Origin: Planctomycetota bacterium
GTDB lineage: Bacteria > Planctomycetota > PLA2 > JAEUHO01
Assembly (NCBI GenBank): GCA_020631815.1
Contig: JACKGW010000004.1
Coordinates: forward strand, 112,184-176,183
Direction of reading: 5' to 3'
DNA length: 64,000 nt
Under the pieces are notes generated by a model. That model ran no database searches, had not been told where the DNA came from, and was given only the letters and a program-made list of their open reading frames with translations. The position numbers were made by a program, and so were the translations under genes. Numbering within the stretch: position 1 is the stretch's first letter; every line of letters begins with the position of its first letter. This document shows positions 36,352 to 48,984 of this stretch, one piece after another.

Positions 36352-39303
36352 TCAGCGGCCGGTCGTGGGCGGCGTCCGGCCGCCCGGGGCCGCAATCTCG
36401 GTGGTGGGCGCGATCTTGGGGGGTGCGCCTCCCCCGCTACCGAAGTTCTGGGTCCAGCGCCGGGCCATGTAGCCGACGCCCAGGTCTTCCCAGGGGCTGA
36501 GGATGTTGCGGTGGTGGCCGCTGGAGGTGCACCACGCCTTGTGGGCGTTGAGCGCACTGTCGTTCATCGCGATGTTCTCGGACATCGCCCAGCCGCGGTA
36601 GCCCTTGGCGTTCATGCGCTCGTGCGGCGCCGTCGTACCCGCCCCCGTCTCCGGGTTGGGCGGTGCGAAGTGGCTGAAGTAGCCGCGCCGCATCATGTCC
36701 TCGCTGTGCCCACGCGCGGCGAGCACCAGACGGTTGTCGATCCGCACGGCCCGCAACGGAGCCATGCGCAAGACGGTCCCGCCGTCGAGGACGGCCTTGG
36801 CCGTGGCGTCGGTGATCTCCTCGTAGGCGCCGGCTCCCGGCTGGACGGCGGCCGTGAAGCCCATCATGCGGCGGTACGCGTTGGTGATGGCCACCTCCTC
36901 GCGCTCGACGGCCTCCGCGGTCTCGGTGCGCGCGGGGTTGTAGACGTCGCGGACCCACGTGTCGTAGGCGAAGCGCTCACGCTCGGCGTCGTCCAGGAAG
37001 AAGGACTGGACGGTCCACGTCTCCCCGCCCGCATACGCGAGGTAGGGCCAGGCCGCGGCTTCGCGCTCCGGGGTGAGCGCCTGTCCGGCCTTCAGCGCCG
37101 CCAAGATCGCCTCCAAGCGGTCCAGCTGCTTGGCCAGGGCGCCGGTACGCTGGACGCGCGCCTTCGTGGCGTCGCTCCAGATGGCCTCGACGGCGCCGAC
37201 GCGACGCGCAACCTCGGCCTGCACGGCTTGGTAGGGCTTGCTGCCCTTGTTGTACGGATAGGGATAGTGCGTCTCGTTGAAGATGGCGAGCAGCGCGTAC
37301 TTGCGCGCCTCGTCCAAGCGCGTGCGGACGTCGCGCACCTTCTGCAGCTTCTTGTAGGCCGACTCCTTGGCGAGATCCGCGAGGAGGTCGTCGAGCTCGC
37401 TCGAGAGGCTCGCCAAGCGCTCCTGCTCGACGGCCCGCTCGTAGGTCGGTGTGTCCAGCAGGTCGCCGGCATGCAGGCGGTAGCCACCCGGGGGCGGTGT
37501 CGCACGGCCGTAGAGGTGGCGGGCCACGATGCGATCGGCCAGCGCGCGGTCGCCGTTCTCGCACGTGTACACGGGCGCGAGCACCTCGACGGCGTCCTTG
37601 CGCCGGTCCAAGGCCGCTGCAAGCACGGCCACGTTCAGGCGCGACTCGAACGTGAGCGGCGTGGGCTCGAGCAGCGTGATGACGTCGTCGGCCGGGAGCG
37701 CGCCCCAGAGATGCGGGGCCGCTTCGCCATCGCCCACCCGCCACGTCACCGTGTCGCCGTCGGCAGCCGTCACCGTGATGCGGCCCAGCGAGATCTTGAA
37801 GGTCGGCGGCTTCTCCGCGGCGCGCGTCGACAGCGTCTCGGTCAGGGCCACGATGCGGCCGAGATCCTCGACCATGGCGCGCGCGTCGGCCGCCAGGTCG
37901 GGTCCCGCCGCGCCGTCGGCCAGCGAGGCAAACGCCGCACGGGCGGAGCCCCAGCGACGCTGCGTCATGTCCTCGCGCGCACCGCCAAGACGCGCCAGGG
38001 CCTCCGCGGGAACCGTCCCGCCGGTCGGGCGCGGGTTGGTCGGTCGATCCGGCCCGGCCGTCGGAGCCGTGGGCGTGGTGCCGGCGGGCGTCGGCGCCTC
38101 GGCGGAGCCGCTGCGCAACGTGCTGCGTACCTGCTCGGCCACGAGGCGCTCGAGCGAGGTACCGGCGAGATCGCGCGTGGCGTCAATCAAGAGACCGAGC
38201 CGTGCGTCGGGCGCCGCCTTGGCGATCGCCGCGCGCACCTCGTCGTAGCGGGCGCGCGAGGCGGCCTCGACCTGCTCCTTCAGGCGGCCGTAGCGCGTGA
38301 GGGCGCCGGAGGAGAGCCCCAGCCGTCGCTCGCCGAGCGCGCTCACCAGCGCCTCGGCCTGCCCGAACCTGCGCGCACTCAGCGCCGCCTCTACGCCGGC
38401 GGACACGGCGGCCAGGCGCGCGCCGTCGGCCTCCTCTTGCGTGCGATCGGCGACGAGCAGTGCATCGGCGACGCGGTCCGCGAGGATCTTGTCGCCTGCG
38501 ACTTCCGTACGCAGACGGACGAGGTCGATCCGGGCGTCGGCCAAGCTGTCCGGCCCGAGTCGGCCGAGCACGGCACCCAAGCGCCGCTCGGCCGCATCAT
38601 GCCGCTCGACCGCCGTGCGTGTGGCCGCTGCGTGTCGCGCCAACAAGGAGGCCTCGGGCGTGCCCTCGTGGCGGGCCACGAAGGCCTCGGCCTTCTCCAC
38701 GAACCCCTCGCCACTGGCGCGCTCGGCCAGGATGTCGAGGGCCTCTTGGCGGAGTGCCGCCCGCTCGGTCTGGCGACGCGCCGAGCCGCCGAACCAGTGG
38801 TCGGCCCCCCACCACAGCAGGGCGGCCAGCGCCACCAGGATGCCGCCCTTGACGAGGGCCGAGGCGTCGAGCCCGGCCGCCGCCGGAGCAGGCCGCTCGC
38901 GGCGCGGACGCGGCTCCTCCCGCGTTTCGGCCGGCGGCTCCGGGGCCGCGACGGCCGCCGGCTCGGCCGCCACGGTGCGCACGGACAGCAGCGTGGACGC
39001 AACGAGTGCCTCGGCCGGCCCCCCCAGGTCGATGCGCGTGGCGCCGATGCGAACGCTCTCGCCGTCGGCGAGGCGGCGGCGCGCGACGCGCTGATCGCCG
39101 ACCCACGTCCCGTTGGCCGAGGCAAGGTCCTCGACGATCCACCCGCCCCCCTCCAGCGGCGTCACGCGCGCATGGCGCCGCGAGGCGCGGGGCTCGGTGA
39201 TGAACGCCTCGGCGTCCTCGGCACGCCCGATGACGGCGCCCTCCGGACCCACCTCGAAGCTGCGGACGGGCTCGTCCGGGGCGTGGATGTCGATGCGCGG
39301 CAT
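36352..39303 (-). CDS. FHA-domain membrane protein with a C-terminal CAP/SCP (PR-1-like) domain
   Basis: The start is set at MPRIDIHAPDEP. It has an FHA region (VIGRAEDAEAFI ... ASRRHARV ... SANGTWV), a TM anchor (ILVALAALLWWGA), a roughly 650 aa helical region and a C-terminal CAP-like block (AARGHSEDMMRRGYFSH ... GYRGWAMSENIA ... WCTSSGHHRNIL). Confidence 0.7.
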   Translation of the reverse strand: MPRIDIHAPDEPVRSFEVGPEGAVIGRAEDAEAFITEPRASRRHARVTPLEGGGWIVEDLASANGTWVGDQRVARRRLADGESVRIGATRIDLGGPAEALVASTLLSVRTVAAEPAAVAAPEPPAETREEPRPRRERPAPAAAGLDASALVKGGILVALAALLWWGADHWFGGSARRQTERAALRQEALDILAERASGEGFVEKAEAFVARHEGTPEASLLARHAAATRTAVERHDAAERRLGAVLGRLGPDSLADARIDLVRLRTEVAGDKILADRVADALLVADRTQEEADGARLAAVSAGVEAALSARRFGQAEALVSALGERRLGLSSGALTRYGRLKEQVEAASRARYDEVRAAIAKAAPDARLGLLIDATRDLAGTSLERLVAEQVRSTLRSGSAEAPTPAGTTPTAPTAGPDRPTNPRPTGGTVPAEALARLGGAREDMTQRRWGSARAAFASLADGAAGPDLAADARAMVEDLGRIVALTETLSTRAAEKPPTFKISLGRITVTAADGDTVTWRVGDGEAAPHLWGALPADDVITLLEPTPLTFESRLNVAVLAAALDRRKDAVEVLAPVYTCENGDRALADRIVARHLYGRATPPPGGYRLHAGDLLDTPTYERAVEQERLASLSSELDDLLADLAKESAYKKLQKVRDVRTRLDEARKYALLAIFNETHYPYPYNKGSKPYQAVQAEVARRVGAVEAIWSDATKARVQRTGALAKQLDRLEAILAALKAGQALTPEREAAAWPYLAYAGGETWTVQSFFLDDAERERFAYDTWVRDVYNPARTETAEAVEREEVAITNAYRRMMGFTAAVQPGAGAYEEITDATAKAVLDGGTVLRMAPLRAVRIDNRLVLAARGHSEDMMRRGYFSHFAPPNPETGAGTTAPHERMNAKGYRGWAMSENIAMNDSALNAHKAWCTSSGHHRNILSPWEDLGVGYMARRWTQNFGSGGGAPPKIAPTTEIAAPGGRTPPTTGR

Positions 39304-39468
39304 GCGGCTCCTCCGGGAGGCAATTGGCAAGCGGCGTGCCGTCGCCGACGGGCAGACGCCGCGACGCGAAGCCCTTGAAACCGGGCCGGGCGGGGCCTTG
39401 GCAGATTCCGCCACACCGCGCCGGATGTGCGACGTCAACCGACCCGACGCCTCACGCGATGCCGCGCG

Positions 39469-41570
<2,102 letters not shown>

Positions 41571-41571
<1 letters not shown>

Positions 41572-43784
41572 CAGCGAATCCGTTCCAGCCGGGCATGGCG
41601 CAGCAAGAGCTGCCGTCGTCCATGGCCGACGAAGTCCACCGTGACGCGGGTGTCTTCCCCCCGCCCCCCCACGTCGAAGAGCACGCCTTCGCCGAAGTAG
41701 GGATGTTGCACGCGGTCGCCCACCGTCCAGGCGGAGCCGACCTCGCGCACGACCTCGCCCTCGACACCGGACACGGGCGGAGGCGCGACGGGCGTGGAGA
41801 ACGCCGGGCGCGGCCCCGGTGACCACGCACCCCCCCAGGAGGGGGCGCGGTCGTGCACCTCGATGTCCGCCGGCGGCAAGTCGCCGAGGAAGGGACTGGG
41901 CAAGCGACGCTCGAAGCCGCGGTAGGTCGCGCGCGACGAGGAGAACGTCAGCACGAGCTCGTCCTCGGCACGCGTCATGGCCACGTAGAACAAGCGGCGC
42001 TCTTCCTCGATGCCGCCGGGCTCGTCGACGCTGCGCACGTGCGGGAACCAACCGTCTTCTGCACCCGCCACCACGACGCACGGGAACTCGAGGCCCTTGG
42101 CCGCATGCGCGCTCATGAGCTGCACGCGCCCGCCGTCTTCCTCCACGTCGTCCTGCTCGCTGACCAGGGCCGCGCGCTCGAGGAACGTCGAAAGCTCCAC
42201 GTCGGGCTCGCGTTCGTCGAGCTGGCGGGCGAACGCCACGAGCTCGTCCACGTTCTCTACGCGACTGCGCTCGAGCTCATCGTGGCTGGTCTCCAGCATG
42301 GCCTTGTAGCCGCTGCCTTCGGCCAGCAGCGCGAGGATGGCCGCGACGGGACGGCGCGGCTGGGCGCGCGCGCGATCGAGGAGCTGGGAGAGCTCGCGCA
42401 GGCCCTTCAGCGCCTTGCCCGACACCCCGGCGGTCGCGGCCTCGCGCGCTGCTTCCGCAATGGGCACGCCCTGGTCGAAGGCCCGCTGGCGGATCTTGGC
42501 CAGGCTCGTGTCGCCGACGCCGCGACGTGGCACGTTGGCGATGCGCAGGAACGAGACGTCGTCGGCCGGGTTCTCGACGAGGCGGGCGTAGGCCAGGAGG
42601 TCCTTGACCTCGCGCCGCTGGAAGAACTCCGTGCCTGCGACGACGCGGTAGGGCAACGAGCGCTCGCGAAGCGCCAGCTCGATGGCGCGGGAGGCCGCGT
42701 TGACGCGGTAGATGACGGCGATGTCGTCGGGCCGACGGCCCGCTTCCACCCAGCGCCGGATGCGGGCGGCCACGAGACGACCCTCTTCGTCGGCGTCGCC
42801 CGCACGGTGGACCTCGACCGGCGTCCCCTCGTCCTTCGAGGTGACGAGGCGCTTGGCGTGGCGCTCGGTGTTCTTCGCGATGACCGCTTCCGCGCACGAC
42901 AGGATGCGGCCCGTCGAGCGGTAGTTGCGCTCCAGCACGACGGTGTTGCCGCCGCCCAGGTCTTCCTCGAACGCGAGAATGTTGCCGATCGTGGCGCCAC
43001 GCCAGCGGTAGATGCTCTGGTCCGGGTCGCCGACCACGGTGAGGCTGCCGCCCGGCGGCACGAGCTGCAACAGCAGGTCGCGCTGCACGCGGTTGGTGTC
43101 TTGGTACTCGTCCACGAGAACGTGGCGGAAGCGGTCGCGCAGCACATCGCCGACGCCCGCGCCTTCCACGAGCACGCGCACCGACTCGAGCAGCAAGTCG
43201 TCGAAGTCGAGCAGGCTGGCGGCACGCAGGCGCTCGGCGTAGCGCGTGGCGATCGCCTCGAACACGTCCTCCATGCCGGAGCGGTCCAAGGCCAACGGAG
43301 CACGCCCCGAGCTTCCGTTCTTGAGCCAGCTGAGCTGCGCAGCGACGGCCGGAACGCGCAGGCGCCCTTCGCCCGGCGCCAGCTCGTCGAGGATCAGCTT
43401 GAGCAGGCGGTGCTGGTCGTCGCGATCGAGGATGGTGAAGCGGGTGTCGATGCCGATCGTGTCGCCGTGGCGACGCAGCAACCAGGCCCCGAAGCCGTGG
43501 AACGTCCCCGCGTAGACCGACTCGCCGCCGGGTAGGGCCCCCAAGCGCTCCTTGAGTACCCGGGCGGCCTTGTTGGTGAACGTGATGGCCAGCACCGACC
43601 AGGGGGCGGCCCCCTGGTGGACCAGCCAAGCGACCCGGCGGGTCAGGACCCGGGTCTTCCCCGTGCCGGCACCCGCCACGACCCGGAGCGGCCCCGGGGG
43701 GGCCGTGACCGCCGCCCGCTGGGCTTCGTTGAGGTCCGCCACCAGCCCGGACGGGTTCCCGGGGGTGTAAGCCGCGCTCGCCAT
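41571..43784 (-). CDS. uvrD: ATP-dependent DNA helicase UvrD/PcrA (superfamily 1) with a C-terminal Tudor-like tail
   Basis: SF1 helicase motifs are present (AGAGTGKTRVLTRR, FTNKAA, VLVDEYQDTN, MSAHAAKGLEFPCV). Its stop overlaps the start of the downstream sigma-54 activator (TGATG). Confidence 0.85.
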
Positions 43785-43973
43785 CGGCCCTCGATTGTAA
43801 AGTCGGCCTTGCGTCCGCGACAGCCCCCGCCCGGTCTGTCCACCCCCCTCTGCCCAGGTTTTCGGTGCCTCGTGGGGCGGCCGCAGGCCCGCGGCGAAAG
43901 TGGGCGGCCGAGGGCGGCCCCCCTACCCTCTGTCCCCTTGTCGACCGGTGCGCCGGTCCCAGGAGGTCAGCCC

Positions 43974-44225
43974 ATGCCCCGTGTCTGTCAGTTCAGCGGC
44001 AAGCGCACGCGCTCCGGCCGCCAGTACACGACCCGCGGTCTGGCCAAGAGCAAGGGCGGCGTCGGCACCAAGATCACCGGCAAGACCAAGCGGATGTTCA
44101 AGCCCAACATCCAGAAGGTCCGCGCCGTCATTGACGGTCGCACGGTGCGCGTGAAGGTCACCGCGAAGCTCCTTCGCCGCGGCGTCATCACCAAGCCCGT
44201 CAAGCGCGTCCGCCCCGAGGCCTGA
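43974..44225 (+). CDS. rpmB: 50S ribosomal protein L28
   Basis: MPRVCQFSGKRTRSGRQYTTRGLAKSKGGVG ... is the classic L28 sequence. 83 aa. An AGGAGG Shine-Dalgarno lies 8 nt upstream. Confidence 0.9.
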   Translation: MPRVCQFSGKRTRSGRQYTTRGLAKSKGGVGTKITGKTKRMFKPNIQKVRAVIDGRTVRVKVTAKLLRRGVITKPVKRVRPEA

Positions 44226-44387
44226 TCGCGCCGCGCTGCCAGGGTCTGTCTGAAGACACTCCCTAGCGCGTCCCGCACACGCGGTCCAGGCGGCAGAAGT
44301 ACTCGAGCCTCAAGGCGGAGAACGTCGTCGCCGGGGTGAGCTGAGCAGGCAACGCCAGCTGCGCGGGCTTGACAGCAGGGTTCTTCG

Positions 44388-46100
44388 TCAGCGGCGGTCG
44401 GGTGAGGCGAACACGCGGCCGTGGCTCCAGAGAGCCGCCCCCGCCAGCGACGCCAGCGCGGTGGCCGTGGTCCTGCCTCCCGGCAAACGCATGCGCTTGG
44501 GTGGGTCGACCGATCCGAAGTGGCAGCAGGGATGTCCGTCGGTGCGCGACTTCGTGCCGAGGGCCCCACCGAACACCGCTTCCCGCAGACGCTCCCGCGT
44601 CGGGCCACTGCGCTCCCGGGATGCAAGGGCGACGAGCCATACGTGCAGGGGATCGGGTGCTGCTGCTTGGGTGACCAGGGCTTCGACCTGCGACGCCAGG
44701 GCGGCGCGCAGCTCGGTATCGGTGTCGCTGTCTGGATCCAGGGCCACGCGCGCCACCAGGCCACAGGCAGAACGAAGGTCTCCGCCGTCGAGCCGCCAGG
44801 AGCGAACCTCGCGCAGGACGCGTGCGACGAGATCGGCATCCACAGCGAGCGGTGCCGGACGCCCGTGCTCGAGTGCGTCGCGGTTGACGACACCGGCCGA
44901 ACCCAAGCACAGGGCAACCAGGGCTGTCGCAACCGGATCGTCGCCCGCCGCGTCGCATGTGGCGGCAAGGGCGTCGAGGGCTCGCTGGGCGGAGCCCTTG
45001 AAGATCGGGCTGCCCGTCATGCCATAGGCCTCGTTCATGGCCAGGGCCGCCAGGCCGTGGGACACACCGGCGGACCAGCCCGAGGCCGGTGGGTAGCGAC
45101 CGTCGGGCGTCTGCACGTCCTTCAGGTGCTTCAGCCCCCTGCTCACGCAGCGCGCGTACGGGTGGAGGCCGCGATTCGTGTAGCCGCCGGCGAGGAAGGC
45201 GAGCAAGCAGAGTCCCGTCTGCCCGGGGTTGGCGGTCGTCTCTGGTTCGGGAGGCAGCGTGCTCCCGCGCAGGGGCCGTCCCTGGCAGGTGATCGCCGCG
45301 AGGGCTTCGTCCCACGCACCGGACGGCGCCGCGTGCATGCTCAGCCACGTGAGTGCCCGGTCGTCGGCGTCGACGAACGGCTTGCGGTCGCGTGACACCC
45401 TCCCAAGGCGCACGGGTGGAAGCCCGGCTGCGTGGGCGACGGCCAGGAGGGGCAACACCGCTTCGGCAGGCAGATCGGGATCGGCACGCAGGTGGACGGC
45501 GTCCTCGTCCGCCTCCGCCGTCGTGCCAAGACTCGCCAGGGCCTCGCGCCAGAGCGCGATCGAGACCCCCCACTCGCTCCAGGCGACTCGCGCGTCACAG
45601 CCGCCCTCCGTGACCCAGGCGGCGCCCACGGCCTCAACACGCGTGCGCGTGGGCCTCCCGGCGATCTCGACCTCGATGCCGGTGGGATCTGTCACGCCGC
45701 GGCGTGATGCGAAGGTCCCGACGGCGGCGAGACCACATGCGTCAGGGAGCAGCACGTGGACGCACGCGCGCGGTTCGAGGCCCTCGCGCTCGCGAGCCCG
45801 CGCGGCAGCTTCGTCGACGGCTTCCAGGACCGAACCCCACGTCGCCTGGGCAGGGATCACGAGGCGGCCCGCGTCGTCCACGCTCGCGCGCGGGGGCGGG
45901 TCGGCCGGGTTTGGGCCTGCGTACCCGCGGAGCGGCGCGGGATACCCCACCAACCCGGGGCCGCGAGGCGCGACGTCACACGACTCGGCGCAGGGTTCGG
46001 TCAGGGAGAGTCCCTGCTGCTCGCGGCCGTGGTCGCTCCCGCTTGCCACTGCCACGACAAGCGAACCCGCGAGAACAGAGCCGAGCAGACGAGTTCCCAC
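44388..46100 (-). CDS. Secreted hypothetical protein (570 aa), possibly an alpha/alpha-toroid prenyltransferase/terpene-cyclase-like fold
   Basis: GTG start with signal peptide (GTRLLGSVLAGSLVVAVASG). Repeated Gly/Trp-containing helical hairpins (GLCLLAFLAGGYTNRGLHPYARCVSRGL ... DGRYPPASGWSAGVSHGLAALAM) suggest an alpha-toroid fold. The fold assignment is speculative. Confidence 0.5.
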   Translation of the reverse strand: MGTRLLGSVLAGSLVVAVASGSDHGREQQGLSLTEPCAESCDVAPRGPGLVGYPAPLRGYAGPNPADPPPRASVDDAGRLVIPAQATWGSVLEAVDEAAARAREREGLEPRACVHVLLPDACGLAAVGTFASRRGVTDPTGIEVEIAGRPTRTRVEAVGAAWVTEGGCDARVAWSEWGVSIALWREALASLGTTAEADEDAVHLRADPDLPAEAVLPLLAVAHAAGLPPVRLGRVSRDRKPFVDADDRALTWLSMHAAPSGAWDEALAAITCQGRPLRGSTLPPEPETTANPGQTGLCLLAFLAGGYTNRGLHPYARCVSRGLKHLKDVQTPDGRYPPASGWSAGVSHGLAALAMNEAYGMTGSPIFKGSAQRALDALAATCDAAGDDPVATALVALCLGSAGVVNRDALEHGRPAPLAVDADLVARVLREVRSWRLDGGDLRSACGLVARVALDPDSDTDTELRAALASQVEALVTQAAAPDPLHVWLVALASRERSGPTRERLREAVFGGALGTKSRTDGHPCCHFGSVDPPKRMRLPGGRTTATALASLAGAALWSHGRVFASPDRR

Positions 46101-46145
46101 GCGTGACGCAACGCTGCCGCGGTACGCCGGTTCGTGCCCCGAGCG

Positions 46146-47276
46146 CTAGCGACGGCGGCGACGACGGACGGGAGCGGGGGCCGCGGCCGAGGCGCCGGGC
46201 TTGCTGGCGGCGGCGCGAGAGACCACGCCGGCTCCGGGCATGGGCTCGGAGAGGCGGGCGGCCTGGAGCGCCTTGAGGACCTCCTCGATCTCCTCGGCCA
46301 GCTCCTTGGCGCGGCCGCGGGCGGCCGGGTCCTTGGAGAGCAGGCGCGAGACGAGTGCATCCGTGCGCGGGTCGATGGTGGGGTCTTCCTCGAGCACCGA
46401 CGGCACGGCGGCCGTGAGGTGCTGCGCGAGGACGGACGACGCATCGGGGCCCACGTAGGGCGGGCGGCCGGTGAGCATGTGGAACAGCGTGGCGCCGAGG
46501 CTGTAGAGGTCGGTGCGCTCGTCGACCTTGGCGTCGCCGCGGGCCTGCTCCGGGCTGATGTAGTCGGGCGTCCCCATGCGGCGCGCGTCGGCGTCGTCCA
46601 GCTCCAAGCGGGCGAGGCCGAAGTCGCTGAGCTTGGCCACGCCGTCCTTCGTGAGCAGGATGTTGGCGGGCTTCACGTCGCGGTGGATGAGATTGGCCTT
46701 GTGCGCGTGGTCCAGCGCGCGCGCCATCTGCTGCGCGACGTGCAGCACGCGCTCCTCGTCCATGGCGCCGCCGCGCTCGAGCAGGTCGGCCACCGTGAGA
46801 CCGTCGGCGTACTCCATGACGAGGTAGCGCACGCCACCCGAGTCACCCACGTCGATGCCGCTGATGATGTTGGTGTGGTTGAGGCGCGCGACGGCGCGGG
46901 CTTCCGTGAGGAAGCGCTGCACGTGCTCGTCGTCTTGCGCGAGGTCGGGTGACAGCACCTTGATGGCCACCTCGCGGTCGAGCGACAACTGGCGGGCCTT
47001 GTAGACGGCCCCCATCGCGCCCTCGCCCAGTCGATCGAGCAAGCGGTAGCCCGCGATCTGCTCGCCGCCCGACGCGCGCCGACGGCGACGCTCGAGGTCG
47101 TCGTAGGTGTCCTGGTCGATGGCGCCGCGCTCCTGCAGGAGCGAGAGCAGCGTGCGCGCCTTGAGACCCATCGAGGACAGGCGTCCCTGGATCTCGCGGA
47201 CTTCCTCGACCTGCTCGGCCGTGAGCTGACCGGCTTCCACGAGCTCGGCGATCAGGGCGTCCTCGCTGGCGTCCAC
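46146..47276 (-). CDS. Ser/Thr protein kinase (Hanks-type)
   Basis: Kinase subdomains are present (LGEGAMGAVYKA, AIKVL, HRDVKPANILL, DFGLAR, GTPDYISPE). The ATP-binding-loop context places the true start at GTG 47276. 376 aa with a basic C-terminal tail. Confidence 0.85.
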   Translation of the reverse strand: MDASEDALIAELVEAGQLTAEQVEEVREIQGRLSSMGLKARTLLSLLQERGAIDQDTYDDLERRRRRASGGEQIAGYRLLDRLGEGAMGAVYKARQLSLDREVAIKVLSPDLAQDDEHVQRFLTEARAVARLNHTNIISGIDVGDSGGVRYLVMEYADGLTVADLLERGGAMDEERVLHVAQQMARALDHAHKANLIHRDVKPANILLTKDGVAKLSDFGLARLELDDADARRMGTPDYISPEQARGDAKVDERTDLYSLGATLFHMLTGRPPYVGPDASSVLAQHLTAAVPSVLEEDPTIDPRTDALVSRLLSKDPAARGRAKELAEEIEEVLKALQAARLSEPMPGAGVVSRAAASKPGASAAAPAPVRRRRRR

Positions 47277-47362
47277 GCGGCGTCCTCCGGGCCCTTGGGT
47301 GCGGGCCGTCCCCCCTTATCCGGGGCCCGGGTTGGAGCCGCAACCCCTGCGCGGGCGGTGGG

Positions 47363-47872
47363 TCAGGACCGGCGCCCGAACACGGCCGGACGGCCCAGTC
47401 GCTCCAGCCAGCGCCGCTCCGCAGAGCGCATCCGGCGGCGGGCGGCCGGGTCGTGGTCGTCGTGCCCGAGCAGGTGCAGCACCCCGTGGACCGCGTACAG
47501 GGCCAGCTCGTCGGCCGGGTCGTGGCCCCGCTCGGCGGCCTCGCGACGGGCCGTCTCCACCGAGAGCATCAGCTCGGCTTCGAGCGCCGGGGCCTCGGCC
47601 CAGGGGAAGGTGATGACGTCCGTCGCCCAGTCGTGACCCAGCATCCGCGCGTTCACCTCGCGGATCGTGACGTCGTCCACCAAGACGAAGGCCAGGGCCA
47701 CGGGGCGCCCCAACGCGCGGGAGGCCTCGGCACCCAGCGCCCGCAGGAACGCGGTCAGGGCCGGGCGCCCACCGGGCACGCGGACGTCGCGTACATCGAC
47801 CTGGACCTCGACCGGCAGCGGCTCCGTCGGCGGAGGCTTCGGTCGCGACGTGCGCTTCTTGGCTCGGGTCAT
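47363..47872 (-). CDS. ybeY: rRNA maturation endoribonuclease YbeY
   Basis: Carries the conserved zinc-binding [11 protein letters not shown] motif. 169 aa. Overlaps phoH by 4 nt. Confidence 0.85.
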   Translation of the reverse strand: MTRAKKRTSRPKPPPTEPLPVEVQVDVRDVRVPGGRPALTAFLRALGAEASRALGRPVALAFVLVDDVTIREVNARMLGHDWATDVITFPWAEAPALEAELMLSVETARREAAERGHDPADELALYAVHGVLHLLGHDDHDPAARRRMRSAERRWLERLGRPAVFGRRS

Positions 47873-48936
47873 GTGCCGCGACGCGGAGGCGGCGGGCCCT
47901 CGGCCGCGCGTCGCTCGCCCTCGACTTCGTAGGCGTCCACGATGCGCTGCACGAGCGGATGGCGGAGGATGTCGCGCGGCGAGAAGCGCACGACCGACAA
48001 GCCCCGCACGCCTTCGAGGATGCGCACGGCCTCGACCAAGCCGCTGGGCGACCCGTCGGGCAAGTCGACCTGCGTGACGTCGCCGGTGACGACGATGCGC
48101 GAGCCCTCGCCCATGCGCGTGAGGAACATCTTCATCTGCGCGGGCGTGGTGTTCTGCGCCTCGTCCAAGATGATGAACGCCTGCTTCAGCGTGCGGCCGC
48201 GCATGTAGGCGAGCGGCACGATCTCGATGACGTCGGTGGCGAGTAGGCGCTGCACCTCGCCATAGGTCAGCAGGTCACCCAATGCGTCGTAGAGCGGACG
48301 CAAGTACGGGTTGATCTTGGCGTGGAAGTCCCCGGGCAAGAACCCGAGCTTCTCGCCGGCCTCGACGGCGGGGCGGGTGAGCACGATCTTGTGCGTGAGG
48401 CCGCTGCGCAGCGCCTCGACGGCCTGCACCACGGCGAGGAACGTCTTGCCGGTACCCGCCGGGCCCACGGCGAACACGACGTCATGCTCCTCCATGGCCC
48501 GCACGTAGACCTCTTGGCCTGGCGTACGCGGCCGCGGCGTGCCCGGCACGGGGGGCCCGCTGCGCGTGGGACGCGGCAGCGGCGCGGAGGTGGCCGGGCG
48601 GGGCGGCGTGGCGCTGCGGCCAGCGGCACGGGCGCGCGAGCCGGGACGCGCCGGACGGGCACCCGTCGCCTTCTGCGAGCTCGGCCCGAGCAGCAGCTCT
48701 TCGACCTCTTCCGTGGGCGGCTCGAAACCGGGACGGATGCGCTGCATCACGTCGCGGACGCGGCGAGCCACCTCTTCCACGGCTCCGGCGTCGTCGCCGT
48801 CGACGGTGAGCGTGCCCTGACGGGCGCTCACGCGCACGCCGTAGCGCTCGCGCAGCGCACGCAGGTGGCGGTCCATGGGCCCGAAGAGGACGCGCTGGGC
48901 AGCTTCGTCGGCGTCGTGGATGCGTTCACGGGGCAT
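47869..48936 (-). CDS. phoH: PhoH-like ATPase
   Basis: Walker [16 protein letters not shown]. PhoH blocks [20 protein letters not shown] and [11 protein letters not shown]-terminal KH-like domain. Confidence 0.85.
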   Translation of the reverse strand: MPRERIHDADEAAQRVLFGPMDRHLRALRERYGVRVSARQGTLTVDGDDAGAVEEVARRVRDVMQRIRPGFEPPTEEVEELLLGPSSQKATGARPARPGSRARAAGRSATPPRPATSAPLPRPTRSGPPVPGTPRPRTPGQEVYVRAMEEHDVVFAVGPAGTGKTFLAVVQAVEALRSGLTHKIVLTRPAVEAGEKLGFLPGDFHAKINPYLRPLYDALGDLLTYGEVQRLLATDVIEIVPLAYMRGRTLKQAFIILDEAQNTTPAQMKMFLTRMGEGSRIVVTGDVTQVDLPDGSPSGLVEAVRILEGVRGLSVVRFSPRDILRHPLVQRIVDAYEVEGERRAAEGPPPPRRGT

Positions 48937-48984
48937 GGCGGGAGGATACCCGCGGGGGCCCCGGGGCCGGGCCCGGGCGTGCCG

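Noticed and set aside
44226-44300. Candidate rho-independent terminator after rpmB
   Set aside because: Only a weak 5-bp stem (CGCGT...ACGCG) is present and there is no T-tract. The evidence is insufficient.
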